Shown here: one piece after another, positions 25,001 through 36,478 of the stretch
Layout: every line of letters begins with the position of its first letter
Position numbering within the stretch: the stretch's first letter is position 1
Assembly (NCBI GenBank): GCA_008632985.1
Contig: QPGO01000113.1
Location: forward strand, 188,947-246,720
Origin: Psammoneis japonica
Taxonomy: Eukaryota
Direction: 5' to 3'
DNA: 57,774 bases
The notes under the pieces: model-generated
The model's database searches: none
Told to the model about the DNA's origin: nothing
What the model saw: only the letters and a program-made list of their open reading frames with translations
Translations under genes and position numbers: made by a program

Positions 25001-26051
25001 GTCCCGAATTAGAATACAACGAGGGCAAGGCGAACATCGTCGCGATAGACGCGATCAGCCGACTTACTATAGAAAATTGAATCCTACGACAATGTCCTAC
25101 CGTTAAAACGGGATAAAGACATTCCCTCCAAATTGTCGGACGCGACATATCATACGAACACTTTTCGTGGAGGCGAGCGAGATCGAAAAATGCTCATGTC
25201 ACAAGGATAAAATCGCCTTTTTAAAGGACGATTTAGGAAAAAACAGTGACAGATTGGTACACATTATACGTATCCACTTCACACTGGCAAAAGACAATCT
25301 CACAACACCCGTACGGTTGTATTGTACAATGTACGAGGCAAGACATTAAAATATACATCATGTCGACACACGAGATGTGCCAAAGATCTAGAAAAAGAAA
25401 AGAAAAATGGACATTTATCCACTTAGTGCACGAAACCAGTGCCTTCGGAATGACAAAATAACACCGGTATGTCAGAAAGAAACGTCCAAATAACGATTAA
25501 AATCCAACTGATAGATGGTTGAAGTACAAAAAAAAAAATCCATAATGGAATTCATAACCATCACAGGATTGATTATCAAGACGAAATGGTCATAATATCT
25601 TTGACCATCGTTTATTATTACTTATGAAACGTGGTAGTGCAGCAGAGCAATATGGCATATAAAGTAAGCCCGCCAAACTACATGAAATCCACAAGTAAGT
25701 AAGTGAACGCCACAATTAAGAGCGTACATTAAGTACTGGGCACGATGCTATGTACAATCGATATCAGGAAAAACACTTACTCCAGGACAATTAGTCCTTG
25801 TGTTCATATCAACAAGAACGTCAATGAGAATACTCGACGTAATACTATATATATACATATTAAGTGAGAAACAAACAATGTCACTCTCAAAAGACATTCG
25901 GAAATTGGAACGGCCCTATATTGCCTATACAAAACAACAACAGTCATTGCTAATGGCACAATACAGTGAAAGTGGAGACATTATTGACACTGTCGATGTC
26001 CGTCGAATAATCCACTTACAAATGACTCTAATGTGCAATTAGGGAGGCGAA

Positions 26052-26418
26052 TGCAGTATGCGACTGTTATATACATATTTATGATTATATATTATTTATA
26101 TGTCAATCGTACCACAGTCGTGGATGCGTACAAAGGACAGAACGATCACACAGAGTTGATCGGATGTCGAGAATTGCAAATACGATCGATTGACGATGTT
26201 GACATCTTACGTGTCAATAGCAATCGTATCCGGACAATCTGTTGTCACGAATATATTCTCCGAAAGGCCTTTTGTCTGTAGAAGCAGTACAGAAGCTTTA
26301 GGCCATTGAGAACTCGTTCGGAGAAACCAAAAATCACAGAGCAAAATTTAATCTCATAATTTCCACTTTTCGCACACTGTTCTACTTTCGTTTACACTCG
26401 TTCTTCGAGCATAGTGCA
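26052..26418 (+). repeat. 3' LTR
   Basis: Direct copy of 21691-22057, preceded by the PPT and followed by the TSD CAAC. Confidence 0.95.
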
Positions 26419-26852
26419 CAACTTCGTATTTTGGGTCTGTTGTGTTGTTGCTTTTGGCAAGTCTAAAGCAGTCAAGCTAGAGTTCAGCAGTTACATGGAT
26501 GGATTTGAGATCTCACAAACTGTCGCTGCTGCTGCACCACACAAAAGCAACAACTCCTCACCAGGAGGCAGGGTCACACAACGGTGCAAGAACCAACTCA
26601 ATTTGGTCTTCTTCTCACAGACAAGAGAGAGCAGCTCTCACAGTTTTCTCCATGGAGCAAGACCATTGTTGCAGGAAAGATCTGCTGCTGATCACATGAT
26701 TGTGGGCTTGTCATCATTGATGTGGAGACTGTGGTGGTGTCGTGTGTCCTCACATTCACCACCTCAGTGTCGTGACAAGTCAAGCCAGCTCAAGGAACTT
26801 TCAGAGGTCTTTGCTTTGACTTGGCCCCTCTCCTTCAAAACAACACATCAAC

Positions 26853-27145
26853 TTTTGATGCCAGAGATTTGACAATTGCAGAGCAACTCATCAGTGGGAG
26901 TGTTCCAGCATCACCACATGCACGCAGCACTTTGTTTCTTTCCAGACACCATGGTGCGATCATTGATGGTTGCTGACTGTTGCATGGAGTCTGTTGCTGC
27001 CAAGATTCCAGGCTTCTTCTTCCCGCCACATTGCTTGCAAGAGACACAAAAGACATCCCATCAAGCACCCATTCTGCTTTCCAACAATGGCTGTCAATGT
27101 GCGGAAACTGTCGCTCTGTTTTGTGATCGCAAAAATGGAGGCGGC
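26853..27145. repeat. Diverged dispersed repeat, copy 1 (copy 2 at 36479-36850)
   Basis: Collinear shared blocks ttttg.tgccagagat, tttgtttctttccagaca, tgttgcatggagtc, ccaggcttcttctt, gacacaaa, ttgtgat.gc..aaaaatgga. Confidence 0.65.
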
Positions 27146-27271
27146 GATGACGCATGTTCTTCAAAACAAAAACGTTGACAACACCACACATGTGACTGTT
27201 GGAACACTGGGGACAGATGCAGTTTTCACAGGACAGACAGACAAAGTTGCAGTGTGGGATGCACTGATGAT

Positions 27272-28858
27272 TGTGGACAATGTGGCAAGTTTGCACTCAC
27301 AACTCGGGTTGAGTTGCGTGTCTTGTGCTCACTTTTTAGCTTCTGCACCCGGTTGACATGGCAATGACAACAAGCAGTGGTGTCAGTTGAGTGTTTGCAA
27401 GCCACATGGCAAGCTGGGAGATGGTGAGACTCAACACACACCAGCTCTTGGTGAGCCACAAAGCTCTGCTGAAGCTGAAAAGTTGCGGCACGACACTCAA
27501 AGGAGTGGTGTCTTTCGAGAGCTGGGAAGTTGATGGGAATCCACAGATGAGGACTGGGAAGTCAGCAGGAATCCAAAGGAAAGAGCCAGGATGTTGATGG
27601 GAATCCAAAGGTGTGCCTCATGTTGGTGGATTGCAGCAAACAAGCCAGCTGGATGAGGGTGAAGAAACAATCTCTGGAGGACCTCGCTGTTGGAGAAGCT
27701 GTCAAGGGTCTGCTGAAAGAGGGTGCAGTGATGTTGTGTCAGGGTCAGTGAGACAGAGTGTGCAATTGTTGACAAGCTGTGGAACTCCAACACAAAACAC
27801 AAGTCCCAGAAAATGTGGGCAAGGACACAGCTGAGTGCGACACATGGAAACCATGAGAAAGATTGGCGAGTGTGTTGGAAGAATGTTCAGGCTGGAGGTG
27901 CAGGCACTGATGTCCATGAGGCAGGAGAGCATGCCAGAAAAGCTGGATTGTCCATCAAGAGACACCATGACATTGGAGAAGGATGAGGAAAATCTGGGGC
28001 AAGAAATGAGGCCACCGTGTGAAACAGAGCACAATCTACAAGATGAAGAAGGCAAAGGTGTTCAATGTGATTGTGGGGCAATGCACAAAAGCCATTCATC
28101 ACAAGCTTGGAGGAGCAGCAGAGTTCATGAGAGTTGCAAAGGAGTGGGATGTGGTGGCACTGCTGAGCATTCTCAAGTCAATCTTGTTCCATGCAAATGA
28201 GAAGACAAACCCTCATGTCCAGGCAGTCAAAGCTTGGAAGCAGTTTGTGCTCATTTGTCAAGACAAAAGAAAGGTGCTTCAAGATCATCTCAGTTGGTTC
28301 ATGAGCCCAGCCAAGATGGTGGAAACTTCCTGTGGCAGGATCATCCAGGAAGAAATTGCCAAGAAGCAAAATGGGTTCAGCAAGGATGCTGATGACACTT
28401 GGAGCAAAGAAAGGAACAAGTTGTCAGTGGTGGTGTTGTGGAAGGCACCAAGGATTGTTGGCATGTCTTGAAAGACCTGCACCAGCAGTTCATGTTGGGT
28501 GTTCACATGTGCCCCAATTCAGCTGAAAAGGCATTGCAGGTGTTGGGCACCTGCGGCACCAAAAGAAACCTGAGGGTGCAAGTTTTGTGCAGAGCAAAAA
28601 GAAGAAGAAAATCACATGTTGGAAGTGCAACAAAGTCAGACATCTGAGAAGGGATCATCCTGACAATGATCATTCATCAGTGGAGTTGGATGCCGCAGAT
28701 CACGGGAATCAACAGAGTGGCGATTGTGGACAAAATGTGGCAAGTTTGCATTTGAAACTTGGGTTGAGTTGCAGGTCTTATGCTCGCTGTTTAGCTTCTT
28801 CACCTGGTTGACATGGCAATGACAACCAGCAATGTCAGTTGAGTGTTTGCAAGCCACA
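27272..28858 (+). mobile_element. Short LTR element carrying only a decayed copia-type gag
   Basis: About 135-bp direct repeats 27272-27406 and 28725-28858, each TGTGG...CCACA. Internal gag-like YKMKKAKVFNVIVGQCTKAIHHKL...DVVALLSILK and zinc-knuckle remnant ITCWKCNKVRHL; no pol. Confidence 0.7.
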
Positions 28859-30500
28859 TGGTGAGTCAGGAAAAAGCGAGACTGAACATGTGCCTGTCAG
28901 CAAGCCATGAAGCTCCAACAGTGACAAACGAGCTGGCATGCAAAGGAACAACAAAAAGAGGAGCTTGGCAAAATGGTGGCAGCAGCATGCTGTGTTGCAT
29001 CCAGTGCTGTGTTGTGCATTGCTGTGGTTGCTGGCTCTTGGGTGTAGAAGCCAGCATTGTTGCTTCTGCACATCATGAAAAATGCCCACAAACAACCTGA
29101 GACAGTTTTCTTGCAGTGACAGAATTGCGTTCATTGTGTGCAAATGCATGCGTGACAAGTGTGTTTTTGTCTGGTCATTTCAACAGTTGATGATTGCCGT
29201 GTGCTAAAAATTGTGAGCTCTGGCAGGTGATGACAAAATTGGCTCTGAGGTCTGTGCAGAAATCATGCTTGATTGACCTCATTTCACCTGGAGCTGGAAC
29301 TGGCACAGGTGCAATGCTCACATTGACAATGGCCATTGCACCCAAACCTTCACTCACAACATTCCTGCATGCTCACAAAACCATTCACTCTCATGCCATT
29401 GTGCATGAGACTTTTTTTCAGCATGATGCATGCAGTCTCACTTGATGCCAGCAGACAACTCACTTGCGCACACTTGACACCAGCACAGACAGCTTGATCT
29501 CTTTCACCCACAACTCAGACATCAACAACTGCCATCAATTTGATGCTTCACACTGACCCCACCAGGCCACAGATGGACTGCCTTTGCCAATGAAGAACAA
29601 CTTGCGCAGACCCTGACAAAGCCAGTGCCAGCAACTGTGCTGCAGTGCTGCAGCAAGACTGCATGCAATGCCACGGGGTGGGCAGGCAGTGACAGGGCAA
29701 CCTGTGACATGGATGACCATTGTCTGTGGATGTGGGGGGGCTTGTCACAGATTTCATGCATGGCATTGGATCTTTGCAAATGAGGGGTGATGCCCAAGCT
29801 GCCGTGCCACTTGGGGCCCCTGAAGTCACTCTGGTCATTGCCCCCTGACATGTGTTCTCCAGACAGATTGGGGCATCTTCTTGTGTGGTGGCTCTGGCTG
29901 AAAGTGTGACCCCTCTGAGCCAGAGCAGATGGTTGCTCAGTCAGATGGGGCACTGTGCTCCCACACCACCAGCAAGAAAGATCATGCTTTCACCCCATCA
30001 TGGTGCACCCTGGCACCAAGGAGCTGCCACACCATGGCAGCAGTGCCTCTTGCCTTCTGCGACCAGTGCTGCCAGAGCCTTGCCAAAAAATGCACTTTGT
30101 GTGCTGTGCACCAACTGCCATTGAACTCTGTGCACTTCTTTGCACAAGCAAAAGCAACCATTTGGGGGACTTTTTTTTTGTCCAAATGGCAGACAAAATT
30201 TCCTTGATGATCCTCACAGTGTGGCATTGCCCAAAACAACACATGTCTTTGGCTGTTCAACAGAGAGATTGATGCAACCAGAAAGTTTTTTCTTTCTCCA
30301 GCATGTGTGCAATGTGCCCCTTGCTCACACCAGAAAGGATGTGCCAAATCAATGCTCTGGCATGGAACAAATGTTGCCAAAAGCTTCTTTCTCAACAGCT
30401 GGCAAACCAAACTGCAACCATGGCTGGGTGACAACAGAGTGGACAACGACCATTCCTGCTTGGCCATTGGCCGCCACAGCACAGATGGACTTTCTTTGGT

Positions 30501-33400
30501 GTGTCATCCATGGAGAGTGATGAGTCTTTGGGTGGCAATGTGAAAGAACAAACAGACACATTGGTTGACTTTGCAGCAAACATTGAGAAGAGTCATCTGA
30601 TGAAGAACCTTCACAGCATTTTGCCAGTGGTGTTGCCAACACCAAAGAAAAGGCAAGACAGACATGCTCCAAAGCTCGTGAAGATTTTACAAATGGGCTC
30701 ATCATTTTTTTACATGGATCTGGAGCATGGGGGTGATGACTGTGGAGATGTTCAGCTGTTGACTCTTGCTTGTGATGCTGTGACAAAGTTGACACTGGGC
30801 AAGTTTGACAAGCATGTGTGCCCACCCTCACATGCTCATTGGACTGAAGCAACCATGTCCACACATGGCGTGCACCCAAACCAGGAGAGAGTGCAGCCTG
30901 TCTCTCCTTTTGAAGAAGTGTGGAAGCAGTTTGTGGATGTTGTTGAGAAACATCTTGACAATGGCAACAAGAAAGGCACCCTTGTCATGTGTGTGTGGGG
31001 CAGACAGGCACGTGATTGTGAGTCACTGTTTTGAGTCACAGAGGATGCCCATCATGGAAAACTGTTCATGCCAAGGTGGCACCCTTGTTTCATGGATCCA
31101 GAGAAAGTTGTTGCAGAGCACCTGGGGTGCAAATTGAGCAAAAAACACTCCAAGACAGCTGGGCGTGGATGCAAAGCAATGCACTGCCATGTGATGGGGC
31201 AAAAGCAAATTGAAAATCAAAAGGCATGCACTCTTCTTCCATTGTTGATGATGCTCATGAACAAACACTTTTGGACACACATGCTGACAAATCAAAGTCT
31301 GCCAGATGTGTGGGGCATGAAGAAGAGGAAAGCTCAAGATGCCAAGCTGAAACAAGCTGTGCTGAACAGCTGGTCTGAAGACAACAATGAAAGTTGGGAA
31401 ATTCTGTGTCAACACAGATGCACAGGTCCAGTGGGAGGGCCACACCATGGACCCACTCAAGAAGCCATGCTGTGCTCTGGCACATCACTGGCGTCACTCT
31501 TCTTGTTCTTTTTCCCAGTTACACTGCTTGAACCATTGCCACTGGGACAAACTGATGCAGCAATGAAGACTTTGTTTGTGAATGTGATGGAACATTAGAA
31601 GACTGTGGCAATGATGATGACAATGAGCCAGAAGAAAATTGTGCAGAGCCCAAGGGATGAGGATGAAGAGCCAGAAGAAAATGATGCAAAACCCAAGGGA
31701 GAGGATGAAGAAGAAAAGAAGCCTTGACTTGCCACACATGACAAATCACACCCTGGCGCTCAACATGGACACAAGGGAAAACCAACTCCTGCCATGGCTG
31801 GGCATGTTTGGGCCTTTTTTTGTTCCTTTCCTGGCCTGTTCAGCATCAGTGTGTTGGACTTGGTCCGCTCATTGTGGTCAAGGTTGTCTGTGCATCTGAA
31901 ATGCCATGACAGGAGCAAGCAATGTGTTTGACCAGCTTTGCACAAAAATGCATTTCATCAATGGCAACATGCTCCCATCTGACAAGAATGACCCACGACA
32001 GTGGTCCCCATTGCAAAAATTAATCCTGTTTTCATTGTCATCCAGTCCACTCTTGTTTCAGCATGGACACTTGGACAGAAATGTAGTGCAGACAAAATCA
32101 TGATAAAATGTGTGGGGGTTGAGCCATTGCGTGGACCCAACACATGTCTGCCAAGCCAGTCACACATGAGACAAAGGTTTGTGCTTTGTGCTGTGCATGC
32201 AAGGCTTTCTCTGCACCTTTGAGACACATGCTGGCAAGGAACACACCAAAGATGGTTCACCACCAAAAGCTGTTGTTGATTGACTGCTGCTCAGCACAGG
32301 CACTCAAGTCACTGTGCAAGGGGAGCTGGATGGATTTTGTGTGCAGACAACATTTCTGCACTTTGATGGAGGCGATGCTGCATCTGTCATTGTGCACAAG
32401 ATGTTGATGCCAGTGGGGGTGTGTTTGGGCTGAGCAAGAAAAAGTCCTGAGCTGCAGCTGACTGTGATGCCACAACAAGCTGTCTGGTCCAGCCCTCAAG
32501 AAAGCCAAGCATGGTTGGTTGTGAAAGGCAGTCAAGCAAGTGATGGGTGTGCAGGCAGGCAGCTCCTCATCTACAAAGTGCGGGCAACAGTGTGGAAAGA
32601 CAAGAAGGAGGTGGGATTCCTGCACAATCATGTGGTTGGCCCCACAGACCCCAGCCACACAGTTTTGCATCATTCAGGAGAAGCCAAGGTGAGGATCAAG
32701 ATTTCCAGTCAGGAGATCACCACCAAGCACACTGCCCACACATCTGGGATTGACCACAAAGACAGGGACACCACCAACTGCACCACATCCATTCACACAA
32801 AGCAATTGGCTGGCACTGTTTGTGAGTGTTTTTTTAGCTCAACAATGGTGCGCCACTTGCAATGTGTGCCATCGTGAAGTTTGTGGCTGCTGATCCAAGT
32901 CATCAGTGGCGCAAGTGCTTGCCAAAGAATGAAGGTTGGTGCAAGTTCCAAACAGACTTGGCAACAGAGATGATGAGCCATGGCATCCAAATGGATTGGA
33001 AGAAGGACACAGCAGATGAAAACTCAAAACCAGAAAAGATGAGACAACTTGGGTGCATCCCATGTGATTGCAAAGAATGTTTTTTCTGCAACAAGGGCAT
33101 TGTGCAAGTGGCACTGACCATTGGAGATGTTGCCCAACTCCTCACAATGCACGACACCTGTTCAGCATCAGCCAGACATCAGACCAGGCTCAAACAACTG
33201 AAAATCCTTGACTGTGGAGAGTGTGCTGCAGGAATGATCTCTTTGACATTTCTGATTGCAGCGTGACAATGGATGAGCTTAGAAGCTGCTGTGCGCAAAC
33301 TGGGGTTGGGTGCCAAACTTGTGGAGACCACAGAGTGACTGTTTGTGTGAAGGCTGCTGGCCAACCTGCAATCAAGACATTGACCAACAGCAAATGTGCA
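30501..33400 (+). pseudogene. Decayed piggyBac-like (DDE_Tnp_1_7) transposase with an N-terminal DEDDh exonuclease-like domain
   Basis: Exonuclease-like FFYMDLEHGG...QL...FDKHV.P...THG...VWKQF...D. Transposase fragments in order: LASLFLFFFP, FDQL..MHF, AWTLG..CSADKIMIK, KP..H..KV.ALCCA, ATVWKDKKEVGFLH, GIDHKDRD, KFQTDLA, MRQ...PCDC..CFFC..G, plus a Cys-rich tail; many stops and frameshifts. Confidence 0.8.
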
Positions 33401-34199
33401 CCAAAATGTTGACAAACTGAAATTCACACGTTGGCCAAAAGGAACCAAATTTTGCAAAGCCCCTCACATGATGCTGTGTGCAACAGCAGCACTCTGTTGA
33501 TGCACCCAGGCTGGGTTTTGAGAATTGACACAAACCTTCAAGCCACTTGAAAGCATCAAAACAATCATTTGGAGCCCCCTCTCAGCAGTGGTCATGCACA
33601 CCCCCTCATCCTGGGCGTGCATGCAACAAGGGAAAAAACATTGGAGAATTGATTCAAACACAGCTGTCTCAAGTTGGAAATTGAAAAAATGCCATGCTGA
33701 TGAACATTGAGTGTGACAAAATCACTTGAAAATTTTGGATTGACACTCCCATGCTGACAGGGGGATTCCAACACTGCAACGTGCCTCAGGTGCATGTGGA
33801 AGGCATGGGAGCAAATGATGCAAGAGCTGCAATGCAGTGAAGACTTGCAGTTGTGCTGAGTGCTGAAAGCTCATCACAGCTCCATGCATCATGATGATGG
33901 ATGTGGTGGTGTGTTGTGTGCAAAGAAAAGTGCACAGCCGCAGCACACTGTGCAGTCATTTGCAGTCACCCTGGAGGAACACACAGTTGGTTTTTCACTG
34001 ACTCCAACACCACCATTCAATGCATTGCAACACACAGCAGAGTTGCTGCAATGCAGCTGCAGCAGTGCAGCTCCCATTGCTGCAACAGCTGCAATGTGTT
34101 CCAACATTGCAGTTGCTCCACTGCTGCTTCTGCAACAAGAGCCTTGATCTCAGGCTCAGGAACAACTCTTGTGCTCTGGTGCTGGTTGTTGAAGAACTG

Positions 34200-35750
34200 T
34201 TTTGCTTGAGTTGCACCCCACCTGGTGGGCCCAGCACTGCTCTCATTGCTTCTGAGCCTGAATTGCAAGTTTGTGGCTCAGATCCTTCAAGGATCAAAGA
34301 AGGTGGGACAATGTCATGCATTGTTGGCTGGACTTGTGGCAGGTGGCAAAAAGGAGTGCCATGTGTCAAGCAACAGTGCTCTGGACCAACCAACATGACA
34401 GCAGCCACATGGGGACATTTGTTGCAGCACTTGGAACAGACACCAAACCATTGGATGAAGCAGGTCAAACACTTGACGTGGTCTTTTGGAGTCAAATGCT
34501 GCAAATCTTAGAATGTCCATTGAGTGAATGACAAACTTGCAACTTTGCAACATTCTTGAATTCATCAACTGATGTGAACATGCACAGTGTGTTCCAGGTG
34601 ACACTGCACGACCCCCACAACACAATTGCCAACACAGCTGCTGCTGCTGGTGGGTGCTGCTGCCTGCGCCATTTGTTGCTTGTCCCTTTACAAACAATGG
34701 CACCTCCTGAGATGCTGCAGCAAGATGGAATCAACCTGAAGACAGGCTTCTGTGTGTTGAGCTCAATGATGTGTTCATCAAAGCTGTCTTGAATGAAATG
34801 GGCGTGAAGCAACACATTGTCCTGTGGCATCATTTCCACAGCAATGGGCAAAACAAGTGTTCTGGAGTTGTTGTCACACTGGCTGGAACAAAACAATGAA
34901 AAAGTCTTTCATTGTTTCCCACCACTGAACATTGAAGAAATGCCAAAGAAATGCTGAGCATGTTTGAGTCATGGGGGGTCCCCACAGCAGACATGAAGGC
35001 TCTGCGCAAGCAGCACAAAGTTGAGCACACTTAGATTCTCATTGACGAGGCCCAGAGGGTTCATGAATTTGATGCCATGTGGGCTTGATTGTTGCCGCAA
35101 CTCAAGACTTCTTAACCCTCCTTGGGTCTCACACTTTCCACTCAACTCCTGCCCCATGTCTTTTTCAACTTCCTTGTCAGGGAGGTCAAGAACTTGACCA
35201 CAGTGATGTTTTGCGACCATTTTAGATTGGCACGAGTCAGGCCAACTGGGTCAACTGTTGGAACATGGTCATGGAAATGAGCATTGTTGACAGTGGCAAG
35301 GAGCAAGCAGAGTTTCACATCAGAGCATCTTGAGAGATGTGCACTTGACGTTGAGCAGGTTTGCAAAATTTCAAACTCCAACTCAAATGGGACAAAAGCC
35401 CAGCTCCAACTGCAAAGGCAGGCATTGGTCAAGGCTTTGATCACAGCTTTGTGATCACTGGATCCATGCTTTAAGATGAGTTGCTGAGAAAGGCTGTTTC
35501 ACATGTTTTGCTGGGTGTGCTCCACACAGATGCAGCAACTTTTTCACCTGACAACTTGTTGCCAATGGCAAGAGCCAGAGTCTTTGTGCTGCAGGGCAGC
35601 CTTGCTTGTCAGGCTGCACAGTGGTTCTGCAGCAATGGCATGCACAACCCCAATTGGGGGCATGGAGCCTCCCAAACAATGGCACCAAGGAGTTGGCAGA
35701 GAGGGCAGCTCTGTTGCTTTCAACCTCTCAGCTCAAAGCATGCAAAAACC
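34200..35750 (-). pseudogene. Probable decayed MULE/Mutator-type transposase
   Basis: Minus-strand fragments in the expected order: PLF...H...WG, SSDHKAVIKAL (cf. ISDRHKGL..A), SNMLS (cf. TSN.AES), and a SWIM-like C..C...CPHVAAV. Heavily mutated. Confidence 0.42.
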
Positions 35751-36478
35751 GGGCAGTCTTTTCTCTTGGAGACCAGCTCTGACATTCACTTGATTGCTTC
35801 CTGTTGTCATGTCATTCAAGCCTGAGTGCAAAACAAAAGCGCCAGGCTTTCTGGGCAAGAGGGGAGATGTGGGTTGAAGCGGCATGTTTGGCGAACAAGC
35901 GCCACTCAAAATCCTTTTTCTGGGTGCCCCTCTGGGAGGGGTGCTGCCTCTGCAGCCTTTCACCCCCCTTTGGTGGGGTCAGGTTGAGACAATGTGAGCG
36001 CAAATCATGGTGACCCCAAAGCTGCAGCAGCGGCAAGAGGGAAAGTTGCGACCTTGTGCACATGGCTTCTGAGCTGACACAATGGGCAGACATCACGGAA
36101 AAGCAAGAGACAACACTCTGCTTCACCAAATTCTTGTTTTTGGTTTGTTTGTTGTTGCTTTTGGCAAATCCCCACCAAGCAGTTGTGTTTAGAGCACAGC
36201 ACTTGTGGACAGATGTGAAATCTCATGGACTCCTGCTGATGCTGTGCCCAGCTCAGGCAGCAGGTTGAGTTGGCACACAACTCAGCTGGCGTCTTTTCAC
36301 AGACAAGAGCACACCTCTTTTTTGCCATGGAAAGAGGCCATTTTGTTCTCATGAAGCTGAACCCTGAACTTCACAGTTGTTGATGTGGGGCTGCGTTCTT
36401 GCACTCACCTTCAGTGGCTTGAAATTTGAGCCAGCTCAAGAGACAGCAGGAGGCCGCCGTTGCTTCTCTTTCCATCGA

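Larger units (their letters stand above)
21691..26418 (+). mobile_element. Ty3/Gypsy LTR retrotransposon with degenerate internal region
   Basis: 367-bp LTRs, TSD CAAC (21687-21690 and 26419-26422), polypurine tract AGGGAGGCGAA before the 3' LTR. Fragments of RT (IMPWG...LPM...APDIFM), then RNase H (KELLSIVKTL.KFRNILFGQQIYTYTDHK; FSPELEY.EGKANIVA.DAISRL), then integrase-like sequence, which is the Gypsy order. Confidence 0.92.

Noticed and set aside
29100..30480. Possible piggyBac left end or an additional element
   Set aside because: Too mutated to identify TIRs, a TTAA target site or protein motifs by eye.
34020..34140. TGCA/CAG-rich quasi-repeat suggesting an array or CRISPR
   Set aside because: No fixed repeat-spacer period; it is low-complexity sequence within the hypermutated island of a eukaryotic genome.
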